Counted from the stretch's first letter, positions 9,060 to 22,694 are shown. The stretch: 36,720 bases of DNA from a candidate division FCPU426 bacterium (GCA_963830915.1 CAWHOE010000021.1:1-36720), one strand, 5' to 3'. The notes: generated by a model not told the origin, from the sequence alone. Made by a program: numbers and translations.

Positions 9060-9899
9060 ATGAAACTGAAACCTGTGGTAGCTGGTACTTTTTATCCCGG
9101 CAACAAAAGGGAACTGGAAAAGGACTTCGTGTCCTTCGAGAAGACCTACGAGCCCATACCCCTGGAGGGCAAGGTGGCTGGTTTCCTGCTGCCCCACGCG
9201 GGTTATTCCTACTCGGGAGCGGTCGCGGCCCTGGGTTACCGGTCCCTAGCTTCCCAAGAGGTGCGAACGGTCGTCGTTGCCGGACCGAGCCATTACCTTG
9301 CTTTCCGAGGCGCCTCGATCTTCGCCGGCGCATCGGTCGTGACGCCCTTGGGCGAGCTGCCCGTCGACCAGGAAGCCTGTGAGTGTCTCCTGGGAAATGA
9401 CACCCATCTGGGAGAGATCCCCCAGGCTTTCGCCAAGGAACATTCGGTGGAAGTCCATTTTCCCTTGATCCAAAAATACCTGCCCAACGCCTCGGTCGTG
9501 CCTTTGGTGCTGGGGCAGGGAATGAAAGAAGCGGTTGAACCTTTGGTGCAAGCCTTGAGGTTGTTAGGCCGGAAGAAGGACTTTCTTTTGATCGCCTCTT
9601 CCGATCTTTCCCATTATCCTATCTATAAGCAGGCAGTGGAGGCGGACCGTCGGTTCTTGGACGCGGTCTTGACAGGGCAACCGCAGGCGGTGGATCAGGC
9701 GGACGGGGAGATCATGAGCCGTGGTTATCCCGAGTATTATTGCACCCATTGCGGCAAGGAACCGTTGGCGGTCCTGATGGGGTGGGCCCAGGCCGATGGA
9801 GCCAATAAACCCCAATTGCTGGCCTATCGGAATTCGGGGGATGTAACCGGGGACCATGACCGTGTGGTGGGTTACGCGGCCGTGGCTTTTTGTCGATGA
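9060..9899 (+). CDS. amrB: AmmeMemoRadiSam system protein B (MEMO1 family)
   Basis: PVVAGTFYP, PHAGYSYSG, GPSH, EHSVEVHFP, ASSDLSHY, YRNSGDV, VVGYAA. Confidence 0.93.
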   Translation: MKLKPVVAGTFYPGNKRELEKDFVSFEKTYEPIPLEGKVAGFLLPHAGYSYSGAVAALGYRSLASQEVRTVVVAGPSHYLAFRGASIFAGASVVTPLGELPVDQEACECLLGNDTHLGEIPQAFAKEHSVEVHFPLIQKYLPNASVVPLVLGQGMKEAVEPLVQALRLLGRKKDFLLIASSDLSHYPIYKQAVEADRRFLDAVLTGQPQAVDQADGEIMSRGYPEYYCTHCGKEPLAVLMGWAQADGANKPQLLAYRNSGDVTGDHDRVVGYAAVAFCR

Positions 9900-9924
9900 A
9901 CGTACCTATAGATAAGGAGTTATC

Positions 9925-10500
9925 TTGAACCCGGCCGAAATGGTGACACCCGAAGATCAACTACTGCTCCTCCAACTGGCCCGTAACGCCATCCAGACGA
10001 CGGTCCAAAAGGGAAGAAAATTACCCGCGGTCCATTCCCTATCGCCTGTACTTCGGGAAAAACGGGGCGTATTTGTGACCCTTTGGCTCGAAGGGGAATT
10101 GCGGGGATGCATCGGACTCCCTTATCCGATCAAGACGGTGATCGAGGCGGTCCAGGAATCGGCGGTCAGTTCGGCCCTGCACGATCCCCGTTTCGTCCCG
10201 GTCCGATTCGAGGAACTGGCCCATATCGAGATCGAGATTTCGGTGCTGACCCTTCCCAAGCCCATCTTGCCGGAGAAGGTCGTTATCGGCGTCCATGGCT
10301 TGATCGCAACATTGGGCAATCGATCGGGTTTGTTATTGCCCCAAGTCGCGATGGAATATCACTGGGATCGGGAGACCTTCCTGGACCAGACTTGTCTCAA
10401 AGCGGGCCTTCCCAAGGATTCCTGGAGAGATAGGGCCGAACTGTTGGGTTTCGAGGCGCAGGTTTTCAGTGAGAGCGATTTGAGGAAGAAAATGGGTTAA
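9925..10500 (+). CDS. amrA: AmmeMemoRadiSam system protein A (AMMECR1 domain)
   Basis: GVFVTL....LRGCIG, DPRF, EISVLT, GLLLPQVA, CLKAGLP; TTG start after AAGGAG. Confidence 0.93.
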   Translation: MNPAEMVTPEDQLLLLQLARNAIQTTVQKGRKLPAVHSLSPVLREKRGVFVTLWLEGELRGCIGLPYPIKTVIEAVQESAVSSALHDPRFVPVRFEELAHIEIEISVLTLPKPILPEKVVIGVHGLIATLGNRSGLLLPQVAMEYHWDRETFLDQTCLKAGLPKDSWRDRAELLGFEAQVFSESDLRKKMG

Positions 10501-10516
10501 CATGGGCTGGTCGTTG

Positions 10517-10545
10517 TTGAAAGGCGGGGCCTTCCTCCCTATAAT
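10517..10545 (+). promoter_or_regulatory. sigma70-type promoter upstream of the DUF151-DUF3343-atp cluster
   Basis: TTGAAA (10517-10522), 17 nt, TATAAT (10540-10545); weaker second candidate TTGAAA-17-CATGAT at 10581-10609. Confidence 0.7.
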
Positions 10546-10655
10546 CCCGTCCCGTTCACAGGGGAGCGGTGTTTCCGCCCTTGAAATGCAAAGCGCCTCT
10601 TCTCATGATAGACTTGATTGTATAGACGGAAATTATCCGATGGAGTTTTAAACCA

Positions 10656-11159
10656 ATGATCGAAATGAAAGTCAGGGGCATCGCGGTCGATCCGGCCCTC
10701 AAGACACCGGCGGTCATCCTGACCGATGACGACGAGAAGCGATATCTTCCCATCTGGATCGGCGTGGCCGAGGCCACGGCCATCTTCATCCAATTGAATG
10801 AACAGCAGCTGCCCCGTCCCATGACCCATGACCTGCTCAAGAACGTCATCGATACGCTGGGCGCCAAGGTCATCAAGGTGCTAGTCAACGATATCGACAA
10901 GAACACCTTTTTCGCCCGCATTTTCCTGGAACTGCCCGAATCGGGGGAGAAATACGAGATCGACGCCCGTCCCTCGGATGCCATCGCCCTGGCCCTTCGG
11001 ACCCATTCGCCCATCTATGTGGCGGAGAAGGTCGTCATCAACGCCACCATCGTGGACAAGGAAAAGTACAAGGCGGAAATGAGCGAGTTCAAGAAGTTCC
11101 TGGAGAACCTGACCCCGACCGATTTCAAGGACATCCCAGGCCCGGCGAGCGAGGGGTAA
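10656..11159 (+). CDS. Bifunctional nuclease family protein (DUF151)
   Basis: LPIWIGVAEA, PRPMTHDLL, IDARPSDAIALALR..PIYV. Confidence 0.93.
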   Translation: MIEMKVRGIAVDPALKTPAVILTDDDEKRYLPIWIGVAEATAIFIQLNEQQLPRPMTHDLLKNVIDTLGAKVIKVLVNDIDKNTFFARIFLELPESGEKYEIDARPSDAIALALRTHSPIYVAEKVVINATIVDKEKYKAEMSEFKKFLENLTPTDFKDIPGPASEG

Positions 11160-11191
11160 CCCTGCCGGGGGATATCCCACGAGGAGCCCAG

Positions 11192-11542
11192 TTGCCTCCC
11201 CCATCCCAAGGCAGATTATCGCTGGATGAGCGCCACTTCGTGCTTTTGTTCCATACCACGCATGAGACCATGCACGCCGAGTCCCTCCTGAAGGAAGGCC
11301 GGATGCGTTTCAAGCTCATTCCCCGGCCCCGCGAGATCAAGGACGACTGCGGTCTGGGGCTGGTGATCCTGAAGGAAGAACGCCGCCAAGTGGAAGCCCT
11401 GCTCCCACCGAAGGGTGTCTATATCAAGTCGGCTTTCCGCATCGAAAAGGACGGGCAATGGACAAGGGAAAACTATCCACCAGCGCCAATCTCCTACGAC
11501 TCTCCACCCTCGGGATCAACTTCTCCCTCTGCACTTTTGTAG
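11192..11542 (+). CDS. DUF3343 domain protein (start and end uncertain)
   Basis: FHTTHETMHAESLLK....FKLIPRPREIKDDCGLGL pattern. Confidence 0.75.
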   Translation: MPPPSQGRLSLDERHFVLLFHTTHETMHAESLLKEGRMRFKLIPRPREIKDDCGLGLVILKEERRQVEALLPPKGVYIKSAFRIEKDGQWTRENYPPAPISYDSPPSGSTSPSALL

Positions 11543-11697
11543 GCATCGGCCTGGGCTGGCTGGTGAACCATTATTTCCATTGGGGCGGTTGGGTCATCAT
11601 GGTCGGCATGCTTTTCGGGGTCATCGCCAGTTACACCCTGCTCTTCGAGGACCTCAAGGCTTTGAACGAAAAACCCAAGGATCCCCCATCCCCGTGA
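11458..11697 (+). CDS. atpZ: AtpZ/AtpI-family (ATPase gene 1) small membrane protein
   Basis: 79 aa, two TMs, GIGLGWLV motif, first gene of the atp cluster. Confidence 0.8.
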   Translation: MDKGKLSTSANLLRLSTLGINFSLCTFVGIGLGWLVNHYFHWGGWVIMVGMLFGVIASYTLLFEDLKALNEKPKDPPSP

Positions 11698-12128
11698 AAA
11701 ACAGGTCCGCTTTTCAAACCCCTTTCCAAGATCCCCAGGCCTTCCGTCCTGGCCCGATGCCGAGATGGCTGGGTCTTACGGCGTTGTCCACCTTGATCGG
11801 CGGAATTTTGCTGTCTGGTTTATCTTTTTTTCTCATGAAAAATGTCGACCTGGCCATCGGAGCCTTCTTGGGCGCCATTCTTTCGGTCCTGAATCTCTTC
11901 GCCATGAACCGTTTATCGTTGCAAGTGCTTATGAATGGGGAAAAAAAGAGCAGAAAGCTTTTTGTTTTCTCCAACCTTCTTCGATGGGGATTCATTGGAT
12001 TGGCCTGCTGGGCCCTTCTGAAAATATCGGTGGCCTGCCTGATAGGCGCGATAATATCGAATTTAGGGTCCCTCGTCGCTTTGATCTGGGTCAGCCGGTC
12101 GCTGGCGGCATCCTCCTCTCCTGAATGA
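11694..12128 (+). CDS. atpI: ATP synthase protein I
   Basis: Four hydrophobic segments, GAILSVLNLF and LLRW; GTGA overlap with the previous gene (alternative start ATG 11757). Confidence 0.7.
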   Translation: MKNRSAFQTPFQDPQAFRPGPMPRWLGLTALSTLIGGILLSGLSFFLMKNVDLAIGAFLGAILSVLNLFAMNRLSLQVLMNGEKKSRKLFVFSNLLRWGFIGLACWALLKISVACLIGAIISNLGSLVALIWVSRSLAASSSPE

Positions 12129-12303
12129 TTTTTTTATGACAGCCTGAAAGTTTTTCACTTGATTTTGTTTTCTATTGGGATGACCATTGTCACCTGAATC
12201 TCGCCGGGATGCCTTCCGCGGGGTTTTTTCAAAAGGTTTTTCGTTCGTCGACGCCCTTCCACACCCACCTCGTGCTTGAATCGGACCGCGAAAGGTTTTT
12301 TGA

Positions 12304-13595
<1,292 letters not shown>

Positions 13596-13611
13596 GCCGC
13601 CGGGATAACCC

Positions 13612-13641
13612 GTGTCCGGGGGCCGTCAGGCCCCTGGACGC
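13612..13641 (+). other. Strong intergenic stem-loop between atpE and atpF
   Basis: GTGTCCGGGGGCC-GTCA-GGCCCCTGGACGC, 13-bp stem with two G-U pairs and no U-tract. Confidence 0.6.
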
Positions 13642-13666
13642 ACATCCGCATTCGAAAAGGTAAGCC

Positions 13667-14155
13667 ATGGAATTTAATGTCACAGTTTTCGCCCTGCAGT
13701 TAGCGACTTTCCTCATCGGGATGTGGCTGTCCTCCATCATCTTCCTTCCGTACTTGAAGGGCTGGATGGGAGACCGCCAGAAGCGCATCGAGGACCAGCT
13801 GGCGACCGCCGAGAAAAGGCAAAAAGAATCCGAGGCCTTGAAGCTCGAGCTGGAAAAAAAGCTCAAGGAACTGGAACAAAGGACGACCGAGGCCCTGCAG
13901 GACGCCCGCAAGGAAGCCGGCCGCATGAAAGAGGAGATCGTCCAGAACTCCCGCAAAGAGGCCGAGTTGATCCTGGCCGACGCCCGCAAGGCCATCGAAA
14001 GCGAGCGCAAGTCTGTCAGCCAGTCCCTGCAGCAGGAGATGGGGGTCCTGGCGGTTGCCATCGCCGAAAAGATCATCCGTTCCTCCGTGGACGCGAAGGT
14101 GCAGGACAAGATCGTGAAGGAAAGCATCCAAGAGATCCAGACGAGAAAGAACTAA
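13667..14155 (+). CDS. atpF: F0 subunit b
   Basis: Single N-terminal TM then long charged coiled coil; operon position. Confidence 0.92.
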   Translation: MEFNVTVFALQLATFLIGMWLSSIIFLPYLKGWMGDRQKRIEDQLATAEKRQKESEALKLELEKKLKELEQRTTEALQDARKEAGRMKEEIVQNSRKEAELILADARKAIESERKSVSQSLQQEMGVLAVAIAEKIIRSSVDAKVQDKIVKESIQEIQTRKN

Positions 14156-14188
14156 AGGTAAATCCAGAAGCTCCCGGGAGATCAACCC

Positions 14189-14734
14189 ATGGAATCGGTC
14201 ATCGCTCAAAAATACGCCGTGTCCTTGCTGCAAGTGGCCAAGGAACAAAAATCGGTGGACGCCGTGGCGGCGGAGATCAAGGCCATCCAAAAGCTGGTGG
14301 ATTCCAGCGAGGAATTGAAGAACGTCCTGGAACATCCCAGGGTCAAACCCCAGGAGAAACTGGACGCGCTCCAGAAGGTGCTGGGCATGGCCCTTTCCCC
14401 CGTCCTGGAGAACTTCCTGCGGTTGCTGATCACCAAAAAACGCATCAAGCACCTCAAGGAAGTGGCCGAGCATTTCGAGAAGCTTTGCTATGAGATGAAA
14501 GGCAAGGCGGTGGCCCGGGTATTGACGGCCATGGCCCTGACCGCGGAACAAAAGGACACGCTCTCCAAGAAACTCACCCAGATCTTCGGCCTGACGGTCG
14601 ACCTGAAAGAGGAGATCAAGCCCGGCTTGATCGGGGGAATGATGATCTACCTGGGGGACCAGCGCATGGACGGAAGCGTGTTGGGGCAGTTGGAGAAAAT
14701 GAAACAACGGTTGTCGAGGGTCGAGATCGATTAA
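14189..14734 (+). CDS. atpH: F1 subunit delta
   Basis: AQKYAVSL, NFLRLLITKKRI, LIGGMMIYLGDQRMDGSV. Confidence 0.94.
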   Translation: MESVIAQKYAVSLLQVAKEQKSVDAVAAEIKAIQKLVDSSEELKNVLEHPRVKPQEKLDALQKVLGMALSPVLENFLRLLITKKRIKHLKEVAEHFEKLCYEMKGKAVARVLTAMALTAEQKDTLSKKLTQIFGLTVDLKEEIKPGLIGGMMIYLGDQRMDGSVLGQLEKMKQRLSRVEID

Positions 14735-14764
14735 AGCGGCAAAACCAATCCTGGAGGTACGGAC

Positions 14765-16273
14765 GTGGCTATCCAAGCGGATGAGATAACGAAAATACTG
14801 AAATCCCGAATCAAGGATTTCAAGCCCGAGGCGGAGCTCAACCAGGTCGGCGAGGTCATCAAAGTGGGTGACGGCGTGGCCGTGATCTACGGTCTGAAGA
14901 ACGCCATGGCCGGGGAGCTGCTCAAATTCCCCAATGACGTCTACGGCATCATCTTCAACCTGGAGACCGACTCGGTGGGCGCCGTCCTGATGGGCGAGAC
15001 ACAGCAGGTCCACGAGGGCGACCCAGTCGAGCTGACCGGACGCATCTCCGAGGTACCCACGGGCAAGGAACTGCTGGGCCGGGTGGTCAATCCCCTGGGG
15101 ATCCCCCTGGACGGCAAAGGTCCCCTGAACGCCTTCAAGTCCCGCCGCCTGGAATTCAAGGCTCCTGGCGTCGTCCAACGCCAGCCGGTCAAGGAACCCC
15201 TCCACACCGGCATCAAGGCCATCGATTGCATGATCCCCATCGGCCGGGGACAACGCGAGCTGATCATCGGCGACCGTCAGACTGGCAAGACCGCCATCGC
15301 CATCGACGCCATCCTCAACCAGAAGGGCAAGAACGTCATCTGCGTCTATGTCGCCATCGGCCAGAAACAATCGACCGTGGCACAGGTGGTACGCACCCTG
15401 GAAGAGCACGACGCCCTGAACTACTGCATCATCGTTTCCTCCACCGCCTCCGACCCGGCGCCCCTTCAGTACATCGCCCCGTACGCCGGATGCGCCATGG
15501 CCGAGGAGTTCACCTATAACGGGGGGCACGCCCTCATCATCTATGACGACCTTTCCAAGCAGGCCGTGGCCTACCGGGAACTTTCCCTGTTGTTGCGCCG
15601 TCCGCCCGGACGGGAAGCCTATCCGGGGGACGTTTTCTATCTGCATTCCCGCCTGCTGGAACGCGCCTGTAAGCTCAACGACAAATTGGGCGGCGGGTCC
15701 CTGACGGCCCTTCCTATCATCGAGACCCAGGCGGGGGATGTGACGGCCTACATTCCCACCAACGTCATTTCCATCACGGATGGGCAGATCTTTCTGGAAT
15801 CCAACCTTTTCAATTCGGGTATCCGCCCCGCCATCAACGTCGGTATCTCGGTCTCCCGGGTCGGCGGTAACGCCCAGACCAAAGCCACCAAGAAGGTGGC
15901 CGGGAAGCTCAAATTGGACATGGCCCAGTACAACGAACTGGCGGCCTTCGCCCAGTTTGGCGCCGAGCTGGACAAGACCTCCATGGCCCAGTTGAACCGC
16001 GGGTCCCACATGGTGGAACTGATGAAGCAGGCCCAGTACTCGCCCATGGTCATGGAGGAGCAGGTCGCCTCCATCTTCGCCGGCATCAACGGCAACCTGG
16101 ATGGCATCCCCCTCCCGAAGGTCAAGGCTTTCGAGACGGGACTGCTGGCCTACCTGAAATCCAAGAAGCCTGAGATCCTGAAGGACATCAAGGATAAGAA
16201 CGACCTGACGGATGACAATAAGGCCAAGCTGATAGCCGCCATCGAGGAATTCTCGAAGACCTTCGTCATCTAA
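14765..16273 (+). CDS. atpA: F1 subunit alpha
   Basis: [47 protein letters not shown] start after GGAGG. Confidence 0.99.
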   Translation: MAIQADEITKILKSRIKDFKPEAELNQVGEVIKVGDGVAVIYGLKNAMAGELLKFPNDVYGIIFNLETDSVGAVLMGETQQVHEGDPVELTGRISEVPTGKELLGRVVNPLGIPLDGKGPLNAFKSRRLEFKAPGVVQRQPVKEPLHTGIKAIDCMIPIGRGQRELIIGDRQTGKTAIAIDAILNQKGKNVICVYVAIGQKQSTVAQVVRTLEEHDALNYCIIVSSTASDPAPLQYIAPYAGCAMAEEFTYNGGHALIIYDDLSKQAVAYRELSLLLRRPPGREAYPGDVFYLHSRLLERACKLNDKLGGGSLTALPIIETQAGDVTAYIPTNVISITDGQIFLESNLFNSGIRPAINVGISVSRVGGNAQTKATKKVAGKLKLDMAQYNELAAFAQFGAELDKTSMAQLNRGSHMVELMKQAQYSPMVMEEQVASIFAGINGNLDGIPLPKVKAFETGLLAYLKSKKPEILKDIKDKNDLTDDNKAKLIAAIEEFSKTFVI

Positions 16274-16291
16274 AGTAAAGGGTAAGCAACC

Positions 16292-18656
<2,365 letters not shown>

Positions 18657-18701
18657 ACCAGCCGGTAGTCGACGGCTGACCGAAAACCGCGAGGGAAAGA
18701 A

Positions 18702-19121
18702 ATGGCCAAGACATTCAAGCTACAAGTCGTCGCTCCGGACCGCCCGGCGCTCACCCAGGACGTGAATCTGGTCGTCCTGCCGGGAGCGGTGGGGGAATTC
18801 GGGGTCATGGCCCAGCACATGCCGTTCCTTTCCTCGCTCAAGTCCGGCGTCATGCGCATCGTCAAGGGCCAGGAGCGGGACCTCTATTTCATCAACGGGG
18901 GTTACGCCCAGGTCAATCACGGTTCGGTGATCGTGCTGGCGGAAGGTTTCGAGAAGGCGGAAGAGATCGACGCGGAGCGGGCGCAGAATTCCAAAAAGAA
19001 AGCCCAAGAGATCCTCTCCCAAAAGAAGGACGCCGCCGCCATGGACCAGGCCCTGGCCGCCCTGGCGCGTGCCGACGCCCGATTGAAGGTCGTTGAGGAA
19101 GCCAAAAGCCTTAAAAAGTAG
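18702..19121 (+). CDS. atpC: F1 subunit epsilon
   Basis: LPGAVGEFGVMAQHMP, FINGGYAQV, IDAERA, ALARADARL. Confidence 0.96.
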   Translation: MAKTFKLQVVAPDRPALTQDVNLVVLPGAVGEFGVMAQHMPFLSSLKSGVMRIVKGQERDLYFINGGYAQVNHGSVIVLAEGFEKAEEIDAERAQNSKKKAQEILSQKKDAAAMDQALAALARADARLKVVEEAKSLKK

Positions 19122-19236
19122 GTTCTTGGGTCCGATAAACCACGTTCCTCGGACCAGACGCCGTCCCTTCCCTTGAGTTCCTCCGGTGCTTGCCGATAAT
19201 ATGTCCTTGGTATATCCGTCATAAAAGGTGTGTTCC

Positions 19237-19635
19237 ATGATCGTGGGTTTGGGTGTGGATTTGATCGAGATCGACCGGGTCAAGAAGGCCCATTTGAGGC
19301 ACGGCCAGAGGTTCATCGACCGTTTGTTCACCGCTGGCGAGTCCCAATATTGCCTTCGCAAATCCGACCCCTATCCCTCGCTGGCCGGGCGTTTCGCCGC
19401 CAAGGAAGCCATCATCAAGTCCTTCAGCCATGGTTTCGGCGGCCGGTGGAAATGGAACCAGATCGAGGTGGTCCGGGAACGCAGCGGGAAGCCTTCGATC
19501 AAGTTGACCGGCATCCTGGAAAAATTACGGGTGGAACGGAAGATCGAACGGATCCATTTGACCATCGCTCACAGCAAAAGGGACGCCACGGCGGTGGTGA
19601 TCCTGGAGACCGATGAAACGGGGAAGGCCAGATGA
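19237..19635 (+). CDS. acpS: Holo-[acyl-carrier-protein] synthase
   Basis: GLGVDLIEIDR, AGRFAAKEAIIK, SGKP, LTIAH. Confidence 0.95.
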   Translation: MIVGLGVDLIEIDRVKKAHLRHGQRFIDRLFTAGESQYCLRKSDPYPSLAGRFAAKEAIIKSFSHGFGGRWKWNQIEVVRERSGKPSIKLTGILEKLRVERKIERIHLTIAHSKRDATAVVILETDETGKAR

Positions 19636-21119
19636 AAAACTGGGATAACTGGAAACCCCGCCAGCTTACCGAAGCCCAATGGTTCTGGTTCCTTCTGGTG
19701 ATCGGAGCATTGACCCGCATACCGCTCCTGCGCTTTTCCACCGCTGAGACCACCGATACCATCCTGAGCCTGACCTATTTTTCCAAGGATTTCGTCCAAA
19801 CCCCCCGCTTCTGCATCCTGCCCGGCTACCCCTTCCTGCTCCGGGTAGGACAATGGCTGGGCTGGGAAGGGGCGCTGTGGGGAAGGGCGATCGCGGCGCT
19901 CGCCGGGTTGTTGTTCCTCATCCCCCTTTGGAACTATTCCAAACGATGGGTCACCCTGGAAATGTCGGGCATGATCTGCCTGATGGCGATCTTTTCCCCC
20001 CTGTTGTGGCAATGGTCCCTCAAGGCCATGCCAGACACCCTCTTTTTGTTCCTTTTCTGGTGGTGCCTGGAGCGTCTCACATCGGCCTGGATCGACAAAG
20101 AACCGATAGCCTGGGTAGTGGGATGCCTGGCCGGGTCCGCCGCGGCCTGTGTGAGGCCAGAGGGCTTCCTGCTCCTACCTTGGGTTTTGGCCGTTGGATG
20201 GAAAACCTTACCCCAGACCCGCTTCAGGGCGGGCTTGGTCCTCCTGGTTCTCTGGGCCTCGCCCCTTCTTTTCTTGAAAGAAAAGTTCCTCACCATCCTG
20301 GTCGCTTACCGGGAAGGGATGGGTCTTACCTCGGGGGCGGACCAGGTCCAGTTCCCCTTCCTGAATTTCGTGGACCATTTTTACGTTTATCTATCCCAAC
20401 CCGTTTATGTCTTCACCCCCTTGATCTTCTGGTTCGCCGTCCTGGGACTCTCCAAGATGGTCCGCCGGGAAAACGCTTTGGGGGAAAGTTTCCTGAAGAT
20501 CACCCTCCAAGTTTACCTCTTGGTTTTCCTTTCCCGTATCATCCCCACCACCTATCAGGACCGGCACATGATGCCCTTCCTGCCCCTCTTGCTGGTGGCG
20601 GCGGGGTATCACTTGCAGACTTTCCTTGAGCATTGGCATCAGAATAGCAGCCTGGTGAAAAAGATGTTCTGGCAGAACGGATTGTTGACGATCGGCCTGG
20701 TCTATACCGCGGTCTTCTCGGCGGCGGTGCTGATCTGCCAGTACGATTCCTTCGGGGACATCAAACGCTCGGCTGAGTTCCTCAAAAGCCTGCCCCAGGA
20801 CGCGTTGATCTACTCGGACGAGGTCCCGAAGACCCAGTATTGGTCAGGGCGCAAGGTGATCCCCCTGGAACTGCCCTTCAACCCCAAACCCGGGGACTAC
20901 TTGATCATGCACAGTTTTTACACCACCCGGCTCAATTACATCGACGAGAACCTGAGGGCCCGACATGGGGCGTCCTTGCTCCACATGGATGAAAGCATGG
21001 TGGTCCCCCTCTTGACCGACGTGATGGCGGACCCGGGCCAGCAAAACCGCATCACTTCCACCGCCTATCGTTTCGAGCCACAGTTCTTTCAAAGCCTGAT
21101 CTACAAGATCGGGAAATAG
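19632..21119 (+). CDS. Polytopic membrane protein, GT-C-fold glycosyltransferase-like (GT39/ArnT/PMT-like)
   Basis: About 11 TMs; acidic first loop ETTD, LPGYPFLL, MPDTLF, VRPEG, RHMMPFLP; soluble C-terminal domain. Confidence 0.65.
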   Translation: MKNWDNWKPRQLTEAQWFWFLLVIGALTRIPLLRFSTAETTDTILSLTYFSKDFVQTPRFCILPGYPFLLRVGQWLGWEGALWGRAIAALAGLLFLIPLWNYSKRWVTLEMSGMICLMAIFSPLLWQWSLKAMPDTLFLFLFWWCLERLTSAWIDKEPIAWVVGCLAGSAAACVRPEGFLLLPWVLAVGWKTLPQTRFRAGLVLLVLWASPLLFLKEKFLTILVAYREGMGLTSGADQVQFPFLNFVDHFYVYLSQPVYVFTPLIFWFAVLGLSKMVRRENALGESFLKITLQVYLLVFLSRIIPTTYQDRHMMPFLPLLLVAAGYHLQTFLEHWHQNSSLVKKMFWQNGLLTIGLVYTAVFSAAVLICQYDSFGDIKRSAEFLKSLPQDALIYSDEVPKTQYWSGRKVIPLELPFNPKPGDYLIMHSFYTTRLNYIDENLRARHGASLLHMDESMVVPLLTDVMADPGQQNRITSTAYRFEPQFFQSLIYKIGK

Positions 21120-21130
21120 GAAGGAGCCCC

Positions 21131-22682
21131 ATGAAGATCGCCACAGCCCAGAACATGAAGAAGATCGACGAACTGGCCGTCCAAACCCACGGCTTGACCA
21201 TCCCCAAACTCATGGAAGCGGCGGGTCAGGCGGTCGTGAGCGCGATGGAAAAAAAGTTCCCGCCCCTTTCGGACAAGACGGTGGGAGTACTTTGCGGCAA
21301 AGGCCATAACGGCGGGGATGGGTTGGTCGTGGCCCGATCGCTCAAGGCCCAAAAGGCCAGCGTGGTGGCGGTATTGGTCGGCGAGGAAGAGGACCTGTCG
21401 GAAGAGACCAAGAAACAACTCCACAAAGCCAAAACATCCAAGGTGCCGGTGTTATTCCTCAAGGACACGGACGGCCTCAAATCCATGAGGATCGCCCTGG
21501 AAGAATGCGACCTGCTGGTGGACGCCCTCTTCGGCACGGGATTGTCCCGTCCCATCGACGGCCTGTTCCGCGACCTGGTCCGGCTGGTCAAGACCCTTTC
21601 CAAACCGGTGGTGGCGGTGGACATACCCTCCGGCCTTTCCGCCGACTCGGGGGTACCCCTGGGGGAAACCCTTTCGGCCCAGTTGACGGTCACATTCGGT
21701 CTTCCCAAACTGGGTTTCTACTCGCCGACCTCCCCGACTTTCCTGGGGGAATGGAGCGTGGACCCCATCGGATTCCCGGAAGAGCTGTTGAACGCCTCCT
21801 TCATCAAGCAAGAACTGATCGACATGGAAATGGTCAAGAAAGCCCTGCCCCGTTTCGACGATTACGCCCACAAGGGCATCCGGGGAAGGGTGGTGGTGGT
21901 GGCGGGAGCGACCGGCTTGACCGGGGCGGCGACCCTCTGCGCCCTCGGGGCCCAGCGGATCGGCGCCGGACTCATCACGGTGGCCTGCCCGGAAAGCCTG
22001 AACAACATCTTGGAGGTCAAACTCACCGAACCCATGACCGCTCCCGTGCCGGAGGTGGAAGGCGGGTTCCTATCCCTCCGGGCCGCCGGAAGGATCATCC
22101 ACTTAACAACGAACGTGAACGCGGTCGTCATCGGGCCCGGCGTCGGGCGGCACCGCGAAACGGGCCAATTGATGAGGGAACTGGTCACCAAACTGGCCGT
22201 CCCTATGGTAGTGGACGCCGACGCCCTCAACCTGTTGGGGGGACAATTGGACATCTTCAAAGCTGTCAAGGTTCCCGTCATTTTGACCCCCCATCCGGGT
22301 GAAGCGGCCTGGCTTTTGAAACCACCATCAACGATGTTGAACAGAACCGTGTTAAAGTTGCGAAGCAAATAGCCGAAGGCTATAATGTCACCGTTGTTTT
22401 AAAAGGACATTACACGGTCATCGCCAGCCCCCAAGGGGAAGTCCGGATCAACCCGACGGGTAACCGGGCCTTAGCGACAGCGGGGACTGGGGATGTCCTT
22501 TCAGGGATCATCGGGGGCCTTTTGGCCCAGCGTCTTTCGCCGTTCGAGGCTGCCACTGCCGGGGTTTATATCCACGGCCTGGCGGGAGAAAAAGCGAGCC
22601 GTCGCATGGGTTTGGACGGGGTCCTGGCCGGGGATCTGTTGCCCATCCTGCCCCGTGTTTTGCGGCAAGTCCGAGAAAGTAA
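21131..22682 (+). CDS. nnr: Bifunctional NAD(P)H-hydrate epimerase/dehydratase, interrupted by a frameshift near 22320 (end 22682, or 22782 as written)
   Basis: LMEAAG, CGKGHNGGDG, DALFGTG, VDIPSG, HKG..G, VVDADALN, LTPHPGE; continues in another frame with VVLKG, NPTGN..LATAGTGDVLSG, GVYIHGLAG. Confidence 0.93.
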
Positions 22683-22694
22683 AAGGGAGCCTCT

